Positions 36,736 through 49,200 of a stretch of 64,000 bases of DNA are shown here, piece by piece. The DNA is from Anthoceros angustus (taxonomy: Eukaryota > Plantae > Anthocerotophyta): contig VJWM01000265.1 of NCBI GenBank assembly GCA_010909165.1, positions 117,728 to 181,727 of the forward strand, in the 5' to 3' direction. Position 1 is the stretch's first letter; each line of letters starts with the position of its first letter. The position numbers and the translations under genes are program-made. The notes below the pieces were generated by a model. The model saw nothing but the letters and a program-made list of their open reading frames with translations. It did no database searches and had not been told where the DNA came from.

Positions 36736-37174
36736 CTTACAGACCTTTTGACAGCTCTGAAATTGGTCGCTGTCAGAGTTTCCAGCGGAGGAAGTGCGCC
36801 TTGTAATTCTTTAGTGTCTTAGCTCCATGCCCTAGGCACTTACGGTCGTAGGTTTTGTTTGAGAAGAGAGAGGTGACCGCAGGGTCAGTAAAACCGGCCA
36901 TGTTCACGTGTTCAAGTTTTGTTGTTTTAGTCTCGTCGAGGTCAGTTGCCCTTCGACGAGTTAGTCTACAAACCCAGGCATTGTTCAGTGAAGCTTCTGG
37001 CATTCAGGTTTCACTGGTCGTCGTTGTTTACTGGTACAGTGGCTGGACTTAAGTGAAATGGATCATCAGGCGCGGAGAGCTTCATATAGTAGATAACGGC
37101 TTTACGGTACTGCGCAACAAGGGTGTCTCATTGAATTAGGTCGCAGATAACGAGAAGACTGCAAATTTGCAGTA

Positions 37175-40100
37175 TTAAATTTCGGGCTCGAGAACCAGGA
37201 TAATGGATGAGTAGCTTAACATCGGATACATATAGTTGTTGAGAAAGCTGGCGTACTGTGCCAGAGCTGTGGCCCTGTCAGGGACATCCTCTGCCAAAAA
37301 GTCGTAAGGGGTCACCTTGCTGGTATCCACAAGCGCTTGCCACTTAAAACCTGGCCTCTCGGGAAGCGTCACCACAACAGGCAAATGTCCTGCATTAAAT
37401 GCAATGTACAGCTCCTTCCTCTGCGCATCAACCTACAGACGTTGACACGTAAGGGTTGATGAGGGTTCGTTTCACAGTCCTGTCAGCTGACAGGAAATTA
37501 CACAAAACGTCTCCTTACCAGAGTGAAGGCAACGAACCGACTTGTCTCCGACCAATCTGGGGAATGTGGCGAGACACCGTGCCACTCAAGCCGCTCAGAA
37601 TTTGGGAAGTCCTTCAATCCCAGCGATTCACAACTCCTGTTTGACTGACACGGTTATACTTGGGGGTATAGATTTCAAACAAATCAGAGACATGCTTCAG
37701 AAAGTCTACCTTCGGAACTGTGTGATCTGCCTGGCAAATCTGTAAAATCCATGAGGATCAGCACTCTTTTTGTCCCACCGGAAATAGTTGATCTGTCCAA
37801 ATAGCAACACCACAGGTTACAAGAAGCATCTCAAGAAAATGTGAACTTCCAGGCTGAGGAGAAGGGAGCTCACAGCATTGTCATGACAGTAAGTGTTATT
37901 GTTGCCTCCCTTAGTATGGCCGTATTCGTCACCCATTGTGATCATGGGAACCCCCTGAGCACACTACCGCTGTGAGCATGCGCTGGTATTACCTTAACGA
38001 CGAACAACTCACTCTGCACTTATCTGCTACCTGAGCAACCATCAAAGCAAGTAGGAAATTTCGGAGCTGTCTTTGCCGTAGGCGCTGTACAGGCAAACTG
38101 ACCAGCTCTCCTTCCTGCATTTATCACATTTGAACCAGATTAGTCAACATCCTGCGACTGAAGAACCCTGCAAGCCCAAGATGTGAAGTCAATCTCACCT
38201 CTCCGCAGTTCCAGCTATTATTGTGAGACTCCCCATCATTATTACCCTCTCCATTCGCTACGTTGTGTTTTTTATTGTAAGACACCAAATCAGCTAAGGA
38301 GAATCCATCATGAGCTGTGACAAAGTTAACACTATGCCAGGGCTTTCTTCCACCTTCCTGCACACCCAACCTCCGGTTTGTAAACAGCTCAAGGCAGTAG
38401 AACTCCAACCGGAGGGAACAACGGTATCGTGATTCCAGGATGAGAATGAAGCATACTTGGTATAGATGAGGTGAACCGCAAAGGCACTGAGCAAAAGAGC
38501 CGACAGTTCCATCTGTTCCCTTTATAAATAAACGTACAGTGTCTCGAAACTGAAAGAATTATCCAGACAGCCAACAAATTAGGAATGATGAGTTTGTACG
38601 TACCAGTGAGACGTTTGCCTGCTAAACATCTTGGGCACAGAAAACGAAGAGGTGAAGCGAAGAAAGTACCTGCCCATTCCACTCTGACCAAATACCCCAA
38701 TGTGGGAAACTACCGACTTGATAAAGGCCGCCAGTGTCCCAAGCTTCAGCAATAAGCTGTTTTAACAAGGACTTCTCAGACGGAACAAGGGAATGAAGAT
38801 AACAGGATGGTACAGAATCTGCTGAACGTCTAATGAGAAATGAGAAACTGACAGGTGCCACCAAGTTCATTAGCGATAATTTACCTTCACCCCCCTAAGT
38901 AAAGGGTCATTGCTCATCATATCAATCAAAGGTGGCTCAGTGAGAGGTGTGCCAGTTGTAACGTTATCGCCCTCAGCTCCATCAGAGTGTCCAAAGACAT
39001 TAGATCTGTCCCAAAGACTGCAAAAGAAACGAGTCCACATATAAGGGTAAAACTTGCATGTGAACACAATCTAGACACCTCTGAACCATACCTACCAATC
39101 TTTGACAAAGGATACTCACCTGCTTGCACGGGTCATAATTGAGGCCAGATCGAAACGGAACCCATCAACATGCATCTCTGTCACCCAATACCTGAGAAAA
39201 AGCATCACTAGATCAGAAAAAATGTGCAGAAAGATGACTGACGAGGTATTTGAAGATCTGAGACGCCTACGTCAACAGCAGGTAAGAGGCGCAGTGTACC
39301 TCAAACAATCGACTATGAATTGGCGCACTATAGGGTGATTGCAGTTGAATGTATTACCACAACCTGAATAGTTGTAGAACTCACCCTGTGACTACACCTG
39401 TTAGTACCTTTAAGAACCAAAAGTTGGCCCAGCATACTGCAGTGGAAATGGAAGACGAAGCTGAGCAGAAGCACCAAAGCCTTTGTTACCTTCGGTGCTA
39501 TCATGTAGTACACTCGATTATCAAAACCCCTGAAAGAGATCGTCGGGCCCATCTCATTACCTTCAGCAGTGTGGTTGAAGACAACATCCATGAGAACCTA
39601 AGTCACCCAATCAAGATCTGCCATGTGTCAGTAAAAACCTGAGTCACCAGCACCTTATTGTGGGCAAGAAACATAAACTTTCGCTTCAACTTAAGGTAGT
39701 ACCTCCATGCCTAGCTTGTGTGCTTCCTTCACAAGAGTCTTGAACTCTTTAATTGCATCACGCCCACAATTTTGAATCCCAGATGCAGCATACCTCGTCA
39801 TAGGAGAGAAGTAGTTGATTGTAGAGTAACCCCAGAAATTCATCCTGCAGTTCATCAAAGCCTTAGAACTTATAACCCTGTCCTCTATAGTTTAGATTGT
39901 ATTCACGAACAAACTGATCAGACGTATACTTGTAGTTTCCCATAACGGGATTGTATGTGTAATATTCCAGTTCGTTGAATTCATGGCTTGGCATAAGCTC
40001 AATTGCATTGATTCCCAGTTCCTGCATATAGTTTCGCAAAACTTTCAGCAGCTGAACTGCAGGCTTCTAGCAAGAGTCGCTGCTCATAAGGATGACAGCT

Positions 40101-41296
40101 GCTATTCGTGTTAGGAGAAAGCACTATGACGTAACCTTCAGATGTTGAAGCTTTTCCACTAATCCAAGATAAGTTCCAGGATAACCAACTTTGCTTGACT
40201 GATGTTGAGTGAAACCGCGAACATGCATCTCATATATTATCAAGTCTTTCTGATGAAGACCTGGCGAAGAATCTCCTTCCCAGTCAAACTGCACACACAC
40301 AGCAAGCTTCATCTTTAAGGCACCACTTTCGCACAACCAACCTGAGCAGGGAGGAGAAGGATAATGATCCTGCTTTACCTCATCGTCCAAATCTGGAATC
40401 ATTCCAGCCATTTGAGGCCAACAATTGCCATTCAGCCCGACAGCTCCGTAAGTGCCTCTGCTGATCACTGCCTACATCACACACAGGAGAGTAGACATTC
40501 AGCTTGCTCCTGGCCATCGGTGCTGATGGCACCAGATGCTACTGGAGTGCCTCCACGGCTCATACCTTAGCATACGGATCCACCAAAACTCGTTTGGAGT
40601 CGAAGCAATTACCCTCTTCCAAAGAAAATTGCCCATCAACACGGTACCCATACAAAAGGTTCTTCCCCACGTCCTGGAGGAAGACATGCCACACATCCCC
40701 AGTCCTGTTGAGTACTGGGTCCAAAGGGATCTCCATGGAGACACGCCCCTGCACCGTGTCCCAGACCCAGTTAATCCAGCAGCTGTGACTAACCACGATT
40801 CATTCACAAAGTTCAGTGCAGGTACAGTGGCCGAAGTGAACAGTAAGGCAAGCTTCCCGCCGTTTACAACTGTACGCACCTCCTGCAAATCCGATTCGGT
40901 AAATATACAGAGCGAGACAGAAGAAGCACCGCCAGAATGCACGGCAAAATTCACCCCACCGTCTTTCGCAGTTGCACCGTACGGGAGCGGCCTTCCTCTC
41001 ATAGGCTTGCCAAGCAAAGGACCGGCCCTCTCAGCTATCCTAGCACCAGAACTGCGCGCTTCAGACGAGCTCGTCTCCACCACCTCGCATCTTATCAACT
41101 GCTGAGCCGTTGGAAGGTGCACAGTTGCTTCCAGCAGCGCAATTCTCCCACATCCCCTCTGCAACACCTCACCACCACCTCCCACTCCTCTCCGCTCAGG
41201 TCTGTGAGGCCTCCCCACCCAGAAGCTCTCTCTTCTGGCCAACCTGTGCTCCAAGTGCACATTCCCGGACGCCCTGGCCTGGTGAACAGGCTGCAT
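37175..41296 (-). CDS. ISA1: Isoamylase 1 (starch debranching enzyme, GH13), many exons, plastid transit peptide; start uncertain (in-frame ATGs up to ~41.5 kb)
   Basis: Motifs include [80 protein letters not shown] and NFVTAHDGF. The C-terminus reads [13 protein letters not shown]. Confidence 0.95.
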
Positions 41297-42397
41297 GGAG
41301 CCCGAAATTTCAGAGGTGAAAAGCGCCTTCCCCACTCGCTCCTCCACGAATGCGTCCCCCCGGGACCCAGCGTGGTGACCACATTGCGGGGAGCCTCGGA
41401 ACGAAAGCGAGACCTGAGCAGACGGAGGAACCACAACAGCTGGCATCCCCATTCCCAGGCAGCCAGCCAGGACCTCTGCCTGATTCAATGGAACTGATGC
41501 TTTGCCTGTACGTTCCTTCTCTCCCACTCAGCAATTTCCTTCCTGCATTGGCCCGAGTCTGCCAGACCAGCGCTCACCCGCTAATGCATTTCATGATCAG
41601 TCATGCAGCGATTACACCGACTCTCTGTCGATTCTTGCTCACAGCGCGGATAGCAAGCCTGTGGAGGGAGCAGCGCAGGATGGGCATCCCAGACTACAAC
41701 CATTTCCAGCATGCAATCCTCCGGTCCCATCAAGCACGCAGCAACTGCAGCGGGCCCCGCGCATTCCGAACCGCACAACCCTGAGGGAGGAGCACATACT
41801 TGGGAGACAATGCAGGCTGGCAAGCAGGCGACGATGACCTGTCACGGCCAGAGGCAGAGCACATTCAGAGGCATCTCCACGGACGCTGACGAGCAATGCA
41901 AATTGAAAGCTCGCAATCTGCCCACGCACAAAGCAAAGCGCTCTTCCAGATTACTCATCGAATGGCAGGACGCCACCTGCTTCCCACTTTCGCCAGCGCT
42001 AGAACTCCCTGGGAACTCCCTGGACCACCACTGCCAACGAGGGAAGTATTACGCCTGCCGCAAACTCTAACAAAACGTGAAAGTTCTGCTCACACATCAC
42101 AACACTTACTCACGGAAACAGCATAACAAGTAGGATGAAGATCGGACGGTGGACATGAATGGCTCCAACAAACGCGGCCGAGCCTGGAAGTTGAACCAAC
42201 AAGTTCACTCAAGTTCATATCCGGGCCAATGGACTCCCCTTCATATGTATATGGGATAAGTGGACTCAAACTCATGTTCATATCCAGGATAACTTGGCTC
42301 AAGTACATATCCGAGATAATAAATGAGCTGAAGTTCATATCCTGATTCCTGCCTGAATGGCAGAGGAGGCTTTTGAATCCTTTGCTGGGAACACGAG

Positions 42398-42500
42398 CGT
42401 TTCTTACATCCTAAGCCTGGCACAGGAGGCGTTTCTTACACCCTATGCTTAGCTCAGGAGGTGTTTCTTACATCCTACGCTTAGGACAGGCGGCTTTCTT
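42398..42500. repeat. 32-bp minisatellite (CGTTTCTTACATCCTAAGCCTGGCACAGGAGG) x ~3.3, just 3' of the third PPR gene
   Basis: Read directly from the sequence. Confidence 0.85.
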
Positions 42501-42619
42501 CCAGCCACCTCCAAATGGGACCAACTGCTGATTCGGGAAACCAACTGCAGATTCTCCCCTCAATCCCACATGCAACAGTTCACCCGCCGAGCTGAGCACC
42601 GGCAAGTGTTTCTTTATTC

Positions 42620-45526
42620 TCACGGTCGACCCTGACAACTACAATTACCAGCTGCGAATCGATGCACACGATACCCATCCCTTACAACAATGTCTCTCTT
42701 TTCAACCCTTGACATTACCTCGGTGGAACTGTGGCAGTCGCTGCACATGCGCAGGTTCTTGGTTACCAGCAGAGGTGTGCCACTCGGAGTGTTCAAAAGG
42801 CCATAAGCCAGAGCTAGCTTCTCGGCATGCCCACAAAGCAAATCTTCCTTTTCCTTCTCGCTCAGTGGCTTCAACACCAGCTTTGTGTCTGGTACGTGGC
42901 CCCCTTCCTGCTTCAGACGTGCATTTGTGCTCTCTACCTTCAGGGCGATATCATCTCTGTTTTCTCCCACCACAAATGTATGTACCTGCTTCATCACCTC
43001 GATGCCTGCGACTGCAGGTTTCTTGTTAGCTCCTGCTAGTATTCTCTGTATTTGAATCCTCTCTACATCCTCCCACCTACCTGCATCTGCATAGGTATTG
43101 GCCATGAGCACGTATGCGGAGGCACCCTGAGGGTCCAGTCTAACAAGACTTTCAAAACACCGCCTCGCCCTTCCTATGTCCCCGTGGATTTTGCAGGAAT
43201 TAAGCAAAGATGTCAACCCCACAACATTGCTTTGGCTTTCACATGATAACAGCATGTTCTGTGCCTCAAGTAAACGGCCTGTACGCCCGAAAAGATCAAT
43301 CATGCAATTGTAATGCTCAACAGTAGGTTTGATGCCATGCCGTTCAACCATGGAATCGAAGTACTTGCGACCCTCGTTCACCAGTCCCTCGTGACTGCAT
43401 GCTGCTAAAAGACAAGTAAAAGTAACATCATTGGGCTGAATTCCGGCAGCTAACATCTCCTCGAAACAAGCTAGAGCGTTGTGACCATTGTCACAGGAAC
43501 CGCATCCAGCTATTAGCGCATTCCAAGTCACCACATTCTTCGTGGCCAGGCTGTCAAAGACCGCCCATGCATCTTCCAGTTCACCACATTTAGCATACAT
43601 GTCCACCAGACCGGTGCCCAGCACTATGTTATCTAACTCCCCTCTTTCCACAATTTGTGAGTGCAGCTGCCTGCCCATCTGTAGGGCACCAGCGCTTGCA
43701 CATGCCTTCAGGAGGCAAGCAAAAGTAAGCTGGTCAGCGACAACCATACCCTGCTGCACCATTTGTCCATACAGAACAAGTGACTCATGACCCAGCTCAT
43801 GAATTGCATACCCAGCAATCAGGGCTGTCCACGTCACTACAGTTTTTGTGGTCAAGCTGTCAAACACCCTGCGAGCATCTTCCAGTTCGCCACATTTTGC
43901 ATACATGTCCACCAAGCAGTTGCCCACAAGTACGTCACCTAGCAGACCTCTATCCACAATCTTTGCATGCAGCTGCCTGCCCTCCTGTATGGAACGAGCG
44001 CTCGCACAGGCCTTCAGAAGACAGGCAAAAGTAAAATGGTCAGCCAAAATCAGGCCCTCGTGCTCCATTTTTCCATACAGAAGGAGAGCGTCTTGACTGA
44101 GCCCATGATTAGCATACCCAGCAATCAGAGCCGTCCATGTAACCACATTTTTTGTGGCCAAGCTGTCAAAAACTGCACGCGCATCTTCCAGTTCACCGCA
44201 TTTTGCATACATGTCCACCAGGGAGGTGCCCACCAGTATGTCATCTAGCAGTCCTCCTTTGACAATCTGTGAGTGCAGCTGCCTGCCCTTCTGTAAGGCA
44301 CCAGCGCTTGCACAGGCCTTCAGGAGGCAAGCGAAAGTGACCTGGTCAGCCAAAATCAAGCCCTCCTGCTCCATTTCTCCATGCAGAACAAGCGCCTCTT
44401 CATTGTACCCATGATTTGCATACCCAGCAATCAGGGCCGTCCATGTCACAACATTTTTTGTGGCCAAGCTGTCAAAGACCCGGCGTGCCTCTCCCAGTTC
44501 GCCACATTTTGCATACATGTCCACGACGCAGGTGCCAACAAACAAATCAGGAGCAATGCCACTGTGCAACATATCAGAGTGAACTATTCTCCCAGATTCC
44601 AAATCAGCCGCAAATGCACAAGCTTGAATCGCAGCTAGAAAGACGTGAGCATCCGCCTTCACCCCATCGCAACGCACCTTGAGGTACAGTTGTATGGCCT
44701 CCTTGGGTTTCCCATGTTTGTTGTGTGCCGAGATTATGGAAGACCACATGAAGGCGTCTGGTTTTTGCACCCTGGTGAACACATCCATGGCCTCCTGTAG
44801 CATACCTCCACCTGCATACATGCGCAAAATATGGTTTCCCATGTATGTATTTGACTCGTACCCAAGTTGGACGGCGAGATCATGTACTCGTCGCCCAACA
44901 ACCATATCCTTCTTAGCTGCACACAGTTTTAGCACAGAACAGAACAGAGCCTGAGAAATAGGACTGCCTGCCTCCGCGCGAGATTCCAGAACTTCAACGG
45001 CCTCAGTGAGTTTCCCCTGCTCGCAAAACGTGCTCACGGTTACAGCCGATACGACATCCATACCCGATTCTGCAACCCTGCCAAGCTCAGGCATATCCGG
45101 GGAGCTCGACTTGGAAAGAGAGGCACCATGACTTATCTGCATATCCAGGGAAACGAGCTGCTCATCCACCCAAGCTGGCTTGCAGAAACTGTTTAACCAA
45201 AGGACCTCGCCAGACCCCTTATGCCGGAAGTCAGGCGAACGGGAGCTCTTCTTATCTAGCCTGTTATCCCACCACATGGTCGGGTCGAAAAAAAAATGCT
45301 GCCACAAGAACTCCTGCTCCTGGCGACGCACGTCGCTGGAAAACCTTTCCCCAGCCATGCATTTCCTCGGAAGTGCTGGGCTCCTTACACTGCTGCAACT
45401 AAAGGCTTGGTTGTTTGCCAGCGGTTGACTCCCAGAACTGAGGTGAGAGGGAGGTCCTCGGAAAACTCCTTTACAACCACCAATTTGTTCGGTCCACAAC
45501 GGATCTGGTTGCCACGCAGTGGCCAT
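42620..45526 (-). CDS. PDF-motif + PLS-class PPR + DYW:KP protein ending in GRP; paralog of 22143-24620
   Basis: Intronless ORF of 968 aa from the ATG at 45526 (MATAWQPDPLW). It has the WWDNR...PDFRHKGSGEVLWL motif and 17 PLS motifs. The C-terminal domain shows KPAVAGIE, CGHAEKLA, MCSDCH and CSCQGRP. Confidence 0.95.
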   Translation of the reverse strand: MATAWQPDPLWTEQIGGCKGVFRGPPSHLSSGSQPLANNQAFSCSSVRSPALPRKCMAGERFSSDVRRQEQEFLWQHFFFDPTMWWDNRLDKKSSRSPDFRHKGSGEVLWLNSFCKPAWVDEQLVSLDMQISHGASLSKSSSPDMPELGRVAESGMDVVSAVTVSTFCEQGKLTEAVEVLESRAEAGSPISQALFCSVLKLCAAKKDMVVGRRVHDLAVQLGYESNTYMGNHILRMYAGGGMLQEAMDVFTRVQKPDAFMWSSIISAHNKHGKPKEAIQLYLKVRCDGVKADAHVFLAAIQACAFAADLESGRIVHSDMLHSGIAPDLFVGTCVVDMYAKCGELGEARRVFDSLATKNVVTWTALIAGYANHGYNEEALVLHGEMEQEGLILADQVTFACLLKACASAGALQKGRQLHSQIVKGGLLDDILVGTSLVDMYAKCGELEDARAVFDSLATKNVVTWTALIAGYANHGLSQDALLLYGKMEHEGLILADHFTFACLLKACASARSIQEGRQLHAKIVDRGLLGDVLVGNCLVDMYAKCGELEDARRVFDSLTTKTVVTWTALIAGYAIHELGHESLVLYGQMVQQGMVVADQLTFACLLKACASAGALQMGRQLHSQIVERGELDNIVLGTGLVDMYAKCGELEDAWAVFDSLATKNVVTWNALIAGCGSCDNGHNALACFEEMLAAGIQPNDVTFTCLLAACSHEGLVNEGRKYFDSMVERHGIKPTVEHYNCMIDLFGRTGRLLEAQNMLLSCESQSNVVGLTSLLNSCKIHGDIGRARRCFESLVRLDPQGASAYVLMANTYADAGRWEDVERIQIQRILAGANKKPAVAGIEVMKQVHTFVVGENRDDIALKVESTNARLKQEGGHVPDTKLVLKPLSEKEKEDLLCGHAEKLALAYGLLNTPSGTPLLVTKNLRMCSDCHSSTEVMSRVEKRDIVVRDGYRVHRFAAGNCSCQGRP

Positions 45527-46749
45527 CCTACAGGCACCGCTTTGTCGGAGAACATAATCGAAGAACTTCAAAATCCGCAAACGCCTGGAGGAAGACGCGT
45601 AAGGCGAATGTTTTCTGTTCTCCGTCGTCCTCCCGAGGATCTTGCCTTCTCCATCGCTCTCCAACTAGGTACGGTTGGGACAGGGTTCCTTTCACCTTTC
45701 TTGGAGCCTGGACAAGCCATGAATGTTCAAGCATACGAAGACCGGGCATTAAGGGGATTGTGGGATACGATGTGTAACATAAGTGGAGTCAGAACCCTCG
45801 CTGAAGGTTTCTCGCCCGAGGTTGTTTTGATTTATTTTCAAAATACCAAATTTAAAAAAATCAAGGGGATTGTGTGCCAACTCGGGGAAGTGTGGACTTT
45901 TACAAGTTACGAGGCAGTAGGGATGCCTTAGTCACCCCTATATATTAGTTTTCTATTCAATATGCAATGGCAATCCATTCGGAGCAAGCCAAGCGCTTGT
46001 CCTCAGCCCACCTCTCCGGTGATTACTACCAATGTATCCACCTATCCTGTGATTAGTACCAATGGATTTCCTCAACGATCGTACAACAGCTCTCGGTTGT
46101 GTGCACAGATGTGTGTGTAGGGCCAGCTAATGTGGAGGACGCTGATGCTTGTCTTGGTCTCTTGCTTTGTGCAGCTGTAGCATAGCCCACGACGTTGTGA
46201 GAAATTGTACCATATGCCTGAGAGATTGACTGTAGAATAGCCCATGAGCATGTGAGCACATGTCCTTTTGTATTGAGTCCTCACAAACGGATAGCACATT
46301 CATCAAGCGCGCGTGTTTGAGATGCATATATTATAGGCCATTTACCATACCTTGAGTAAGAGCATGTGTATCAAATATAAATGTCTCGAGGTAGGCACTA
46401 ACCGTTATGTGAACATGAGTGTGTAACTGAGTGACAATTCCATTAAAGTAGAGCGATGGCAATTTAATGGGACCTCGCTTCGTGACAAGGAGGACCGCAT
46501 TCCAATGACTTCAATATTGTTGCTCAAAGATTTTAAATTGTCTGCCTCTCTATCCATCGTGATCAGGCTCCACTTACCCCAAGCTCCCTAGATTAGCATC
46601 GTAGAAGAAAATGGTAGTTTTCTCCCAACCCTTGTCTTTCCTCTATTGTTCTTGTGGCTTGCTAGTTGAACCCCTTAGAATCAAGCCAAGCCCTCTTATG
46701 CCGTTTGGGCTTGCCAATGCATCTCGCCTTATTCAAGCTTTTTCCTGGG

Positions 46750-46860
46750 CAGTCCATACCAAGAATCTCAAGTAGCAACGAGTCTGGTAGGGTCACGTTA
46801 GACAAGTCCATTCCAAGAATCTCAAGCTGCAATGAGTCTGGTAGGGCCACGTCAGATATT
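46750..46860. repeat. ~54-bp tandem duplication
   Basis: AGTCCAT(A/T)CCAAGAATCTCAAG...GAGTCTGGTAGGG(T/C)CACGT occurs twice. Confidence 0.8.
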
Positions 46861-46949
46861 GACAAAAATTGCCATAGGAAAACACCATGCCTTTAACCGA
46901 CTCTTTTGGTCATAGGAAAATAGGAGATGAAAACATCTTACCCTCATTC

Positions 46950-49200
46950 TTCGGATCCCCCTCAAAAGACCCAAATGAACACTTATAGCTATCCCATAAG
47001 ATCATGAAAGCCCGAATGCTTGGTGCTGAAAAACAGTTCATCAAGTTCTTCCCCGCTTCTTTACAATGTGAGGCGGAGGCTTGGTTTGCAACTCTTGAGG
47101 ATGCCTGCAGATTATATTGGCCTGGCCTTTGCTTTGCTTTCCTTTGCGATGACAAACCTCGCAGAAAAGCAGCAAAGAAGATACCACGTTTGCCGGACCG
47201 GAGGTCGAGATGCATGATGCATCTACTGTTAACAAACCAAAGAAGAGAAGAAAGAAAGGTGTTACCTTGCTGCCCGTTGCTCGTGACACACCTGTAAGCC
47301 ACTTGTTGAGGACATTGCGCATCAAAAGGTAAAGATGACTCGCTTGTTTGAATTTTACCGTCATGAGATGACATATGCTTTGAGTACCAAAGGAGCAAAG
47401 CCTAAGAAGGCCAAAGGGAGGACAAAAGTAGAAGGTGCCAGTGCTCTAAAGGTTGCTGGTGGATCGGAATCTGCTGCTTGCCCCATTGGGTGGCTGAGGA
47501 AGCATGTTGTGTCGATAGTTACTGCATATGTGAACGACGTCAAAGCCATGGATGTCATGGTGGATAGTGGGCCTTCACCAACCTTATCAACATGCAATGG
47601 TTAGACATCTTTGGCCTTGGATCTGCCAAAACGATTGCCTGCCCACAAGTTTTCAAAGATGAATCAAACACCCTGTTGCATGTCCTTCGAGAACGTGAAG
47701 GTGGTTGTGCATGGGATCAAAGTGAGAATCGGGTTCACTATTGTTGAAGTCCTCGACTTCAACCATAACCCGATCCTCGCAGCTCGTTGAGATGGCTACA
47801 AACATTGGGATTCCAGAATCTAAAAAATCGGTCCAACGGGAAGAGGGTGCAGATCATGGTATGGCAACCAAGGAGATATGTGACAATAACGAACGTTCTT
47901 TGATGAAGAAGCCTGTTGTTCTACATCCATCTACACCGATGAAGAAGAGGATGTGGAAGTTGATTTCTCAGATGATAGCTTCAACAGTGAACATAAAGCC
48001 CTACATATTCTCTTTGTACGGATGGCGCAAGATAGGTTAAAGCCTGTTTTTGGCCTAGAGCACCCCACCGTTCAGGAGCTGAAGTTTTCCTGCTGCTGGA
48101 GGGCTAGAAAAAATGGCACCTCTAGGGAGAGGAATTGGAGAAGTACCGCCAGCTTTTCTCAAAGTATGAACACCTCTTCGTCACTAGGCACAAGGAGATG
48201 CCAGCTACAAACATCTGCAAGTTCAAGATTGACATCCCAAAGAACACCAAACCAAAGATTCATAAGCTTAGAAGACTCTCCCTCAAACATGTTCAGGAAG
48301 TGAAAGAAGAAGTAGAGCGCATGCAAGCTGCTGGGTGTATCGTGCTTATGGAGTATCTAAAGTGGGTATCTCCGATTGTTATTTCTATGAAGAAGAACGG
48401 CAAGATATGAATGTGTATGGATTTCTGTGAGCTCAACAAAGCCACCAAGAAAGATAAGTTTCCCTTGCCAATAGTGGATGAGATTTTGGATGAAGTATTT
48501 GGCCATGAGATGTACTCATATTGTGACGGCTATTTTGGGTTTCATCAAGTTGCAATTGCAGAAGAGGATCAGCCGAAAGAAAATGGCATTTCTGACTCCA
48601 TGGGGTGTTTTTATGTATAAAGTCATGTCATCCGGCCTTGCAATGCACCCTCATGTTTTCAACGCGTTATGATGATGGCTTGGGGCTCCACAGTTGAAAA
48701 GCTCCTTAGGGTCTTCTTTGATGATTTTGCTGTATATGGGAGCAAGCAAGATCATGTTGACCACTTGGAGCAAGTGTTTATCAAGTAGTTGACTGCTGCC
48801 AACATCGGACTAAACCCTCTCAAGTGCATCTTTGTTGTTACTAAGGGTGAGCTTTTGGGCTTCATGGTAGACAAAGAGGGTATCCATGCTGAACCAAGTA
48901 TGCTGAGAAAATTCAAAGGCCCCCCACCGCTACCACGTAAGCGTGTCGCTTTGTGGCCATTATTTCAAGATTGATGCCCACATTTACGGAGGTAGCTCCA
49001 CCGCTTTACAAAATAATTAGCAAGGGTATGGAGTCTAAGTGGGATGACATGGCTCTTGCTGCTTATCAAAAATTGAAGAAGATAATGGCTTCTGCCTTCG
49101 AAGGAGATGATGGCTACCTATCGCTTGAAGGAGATGATGGCTATTTATCGCTTATCATGCTTTGGAATAAGGTAGGGCCTACTAACCGCAGGAGCTAAAG
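46950..49200 (+). mobile_element. Decayed Ty3/gypsy LTR retrotransposon: gag, protease and RT, with stops and frameshifts
   Basis: Gag-like FFPASLQCEAEAWF; protease VMVDSG; RT WVSPIVISMKKNGKI*MCMDFCELNKATKKDKFPLP, YCDGYFGFHQV, FFDDFAVY and KCIF...ELLGFMV. Confidence 0.9.

Noticed and set aside
41095-41436. Overlapping minus-strand ORF with a transit-peptide-like look at the ISA1 5' end
   Set aside because: It is out of frame with the ISA1 catalytic exon and has no splice support; the ISA1 frame itself is open here.
45527-45664. N-terminal extensions of the GRP ORFs from non-ATG starts (45664; 22101)
   Set aside because: The two paralogs align only from MAT(A/V)WQPDPLW, so the ATGs at 45526 and 22143 are the better starts.
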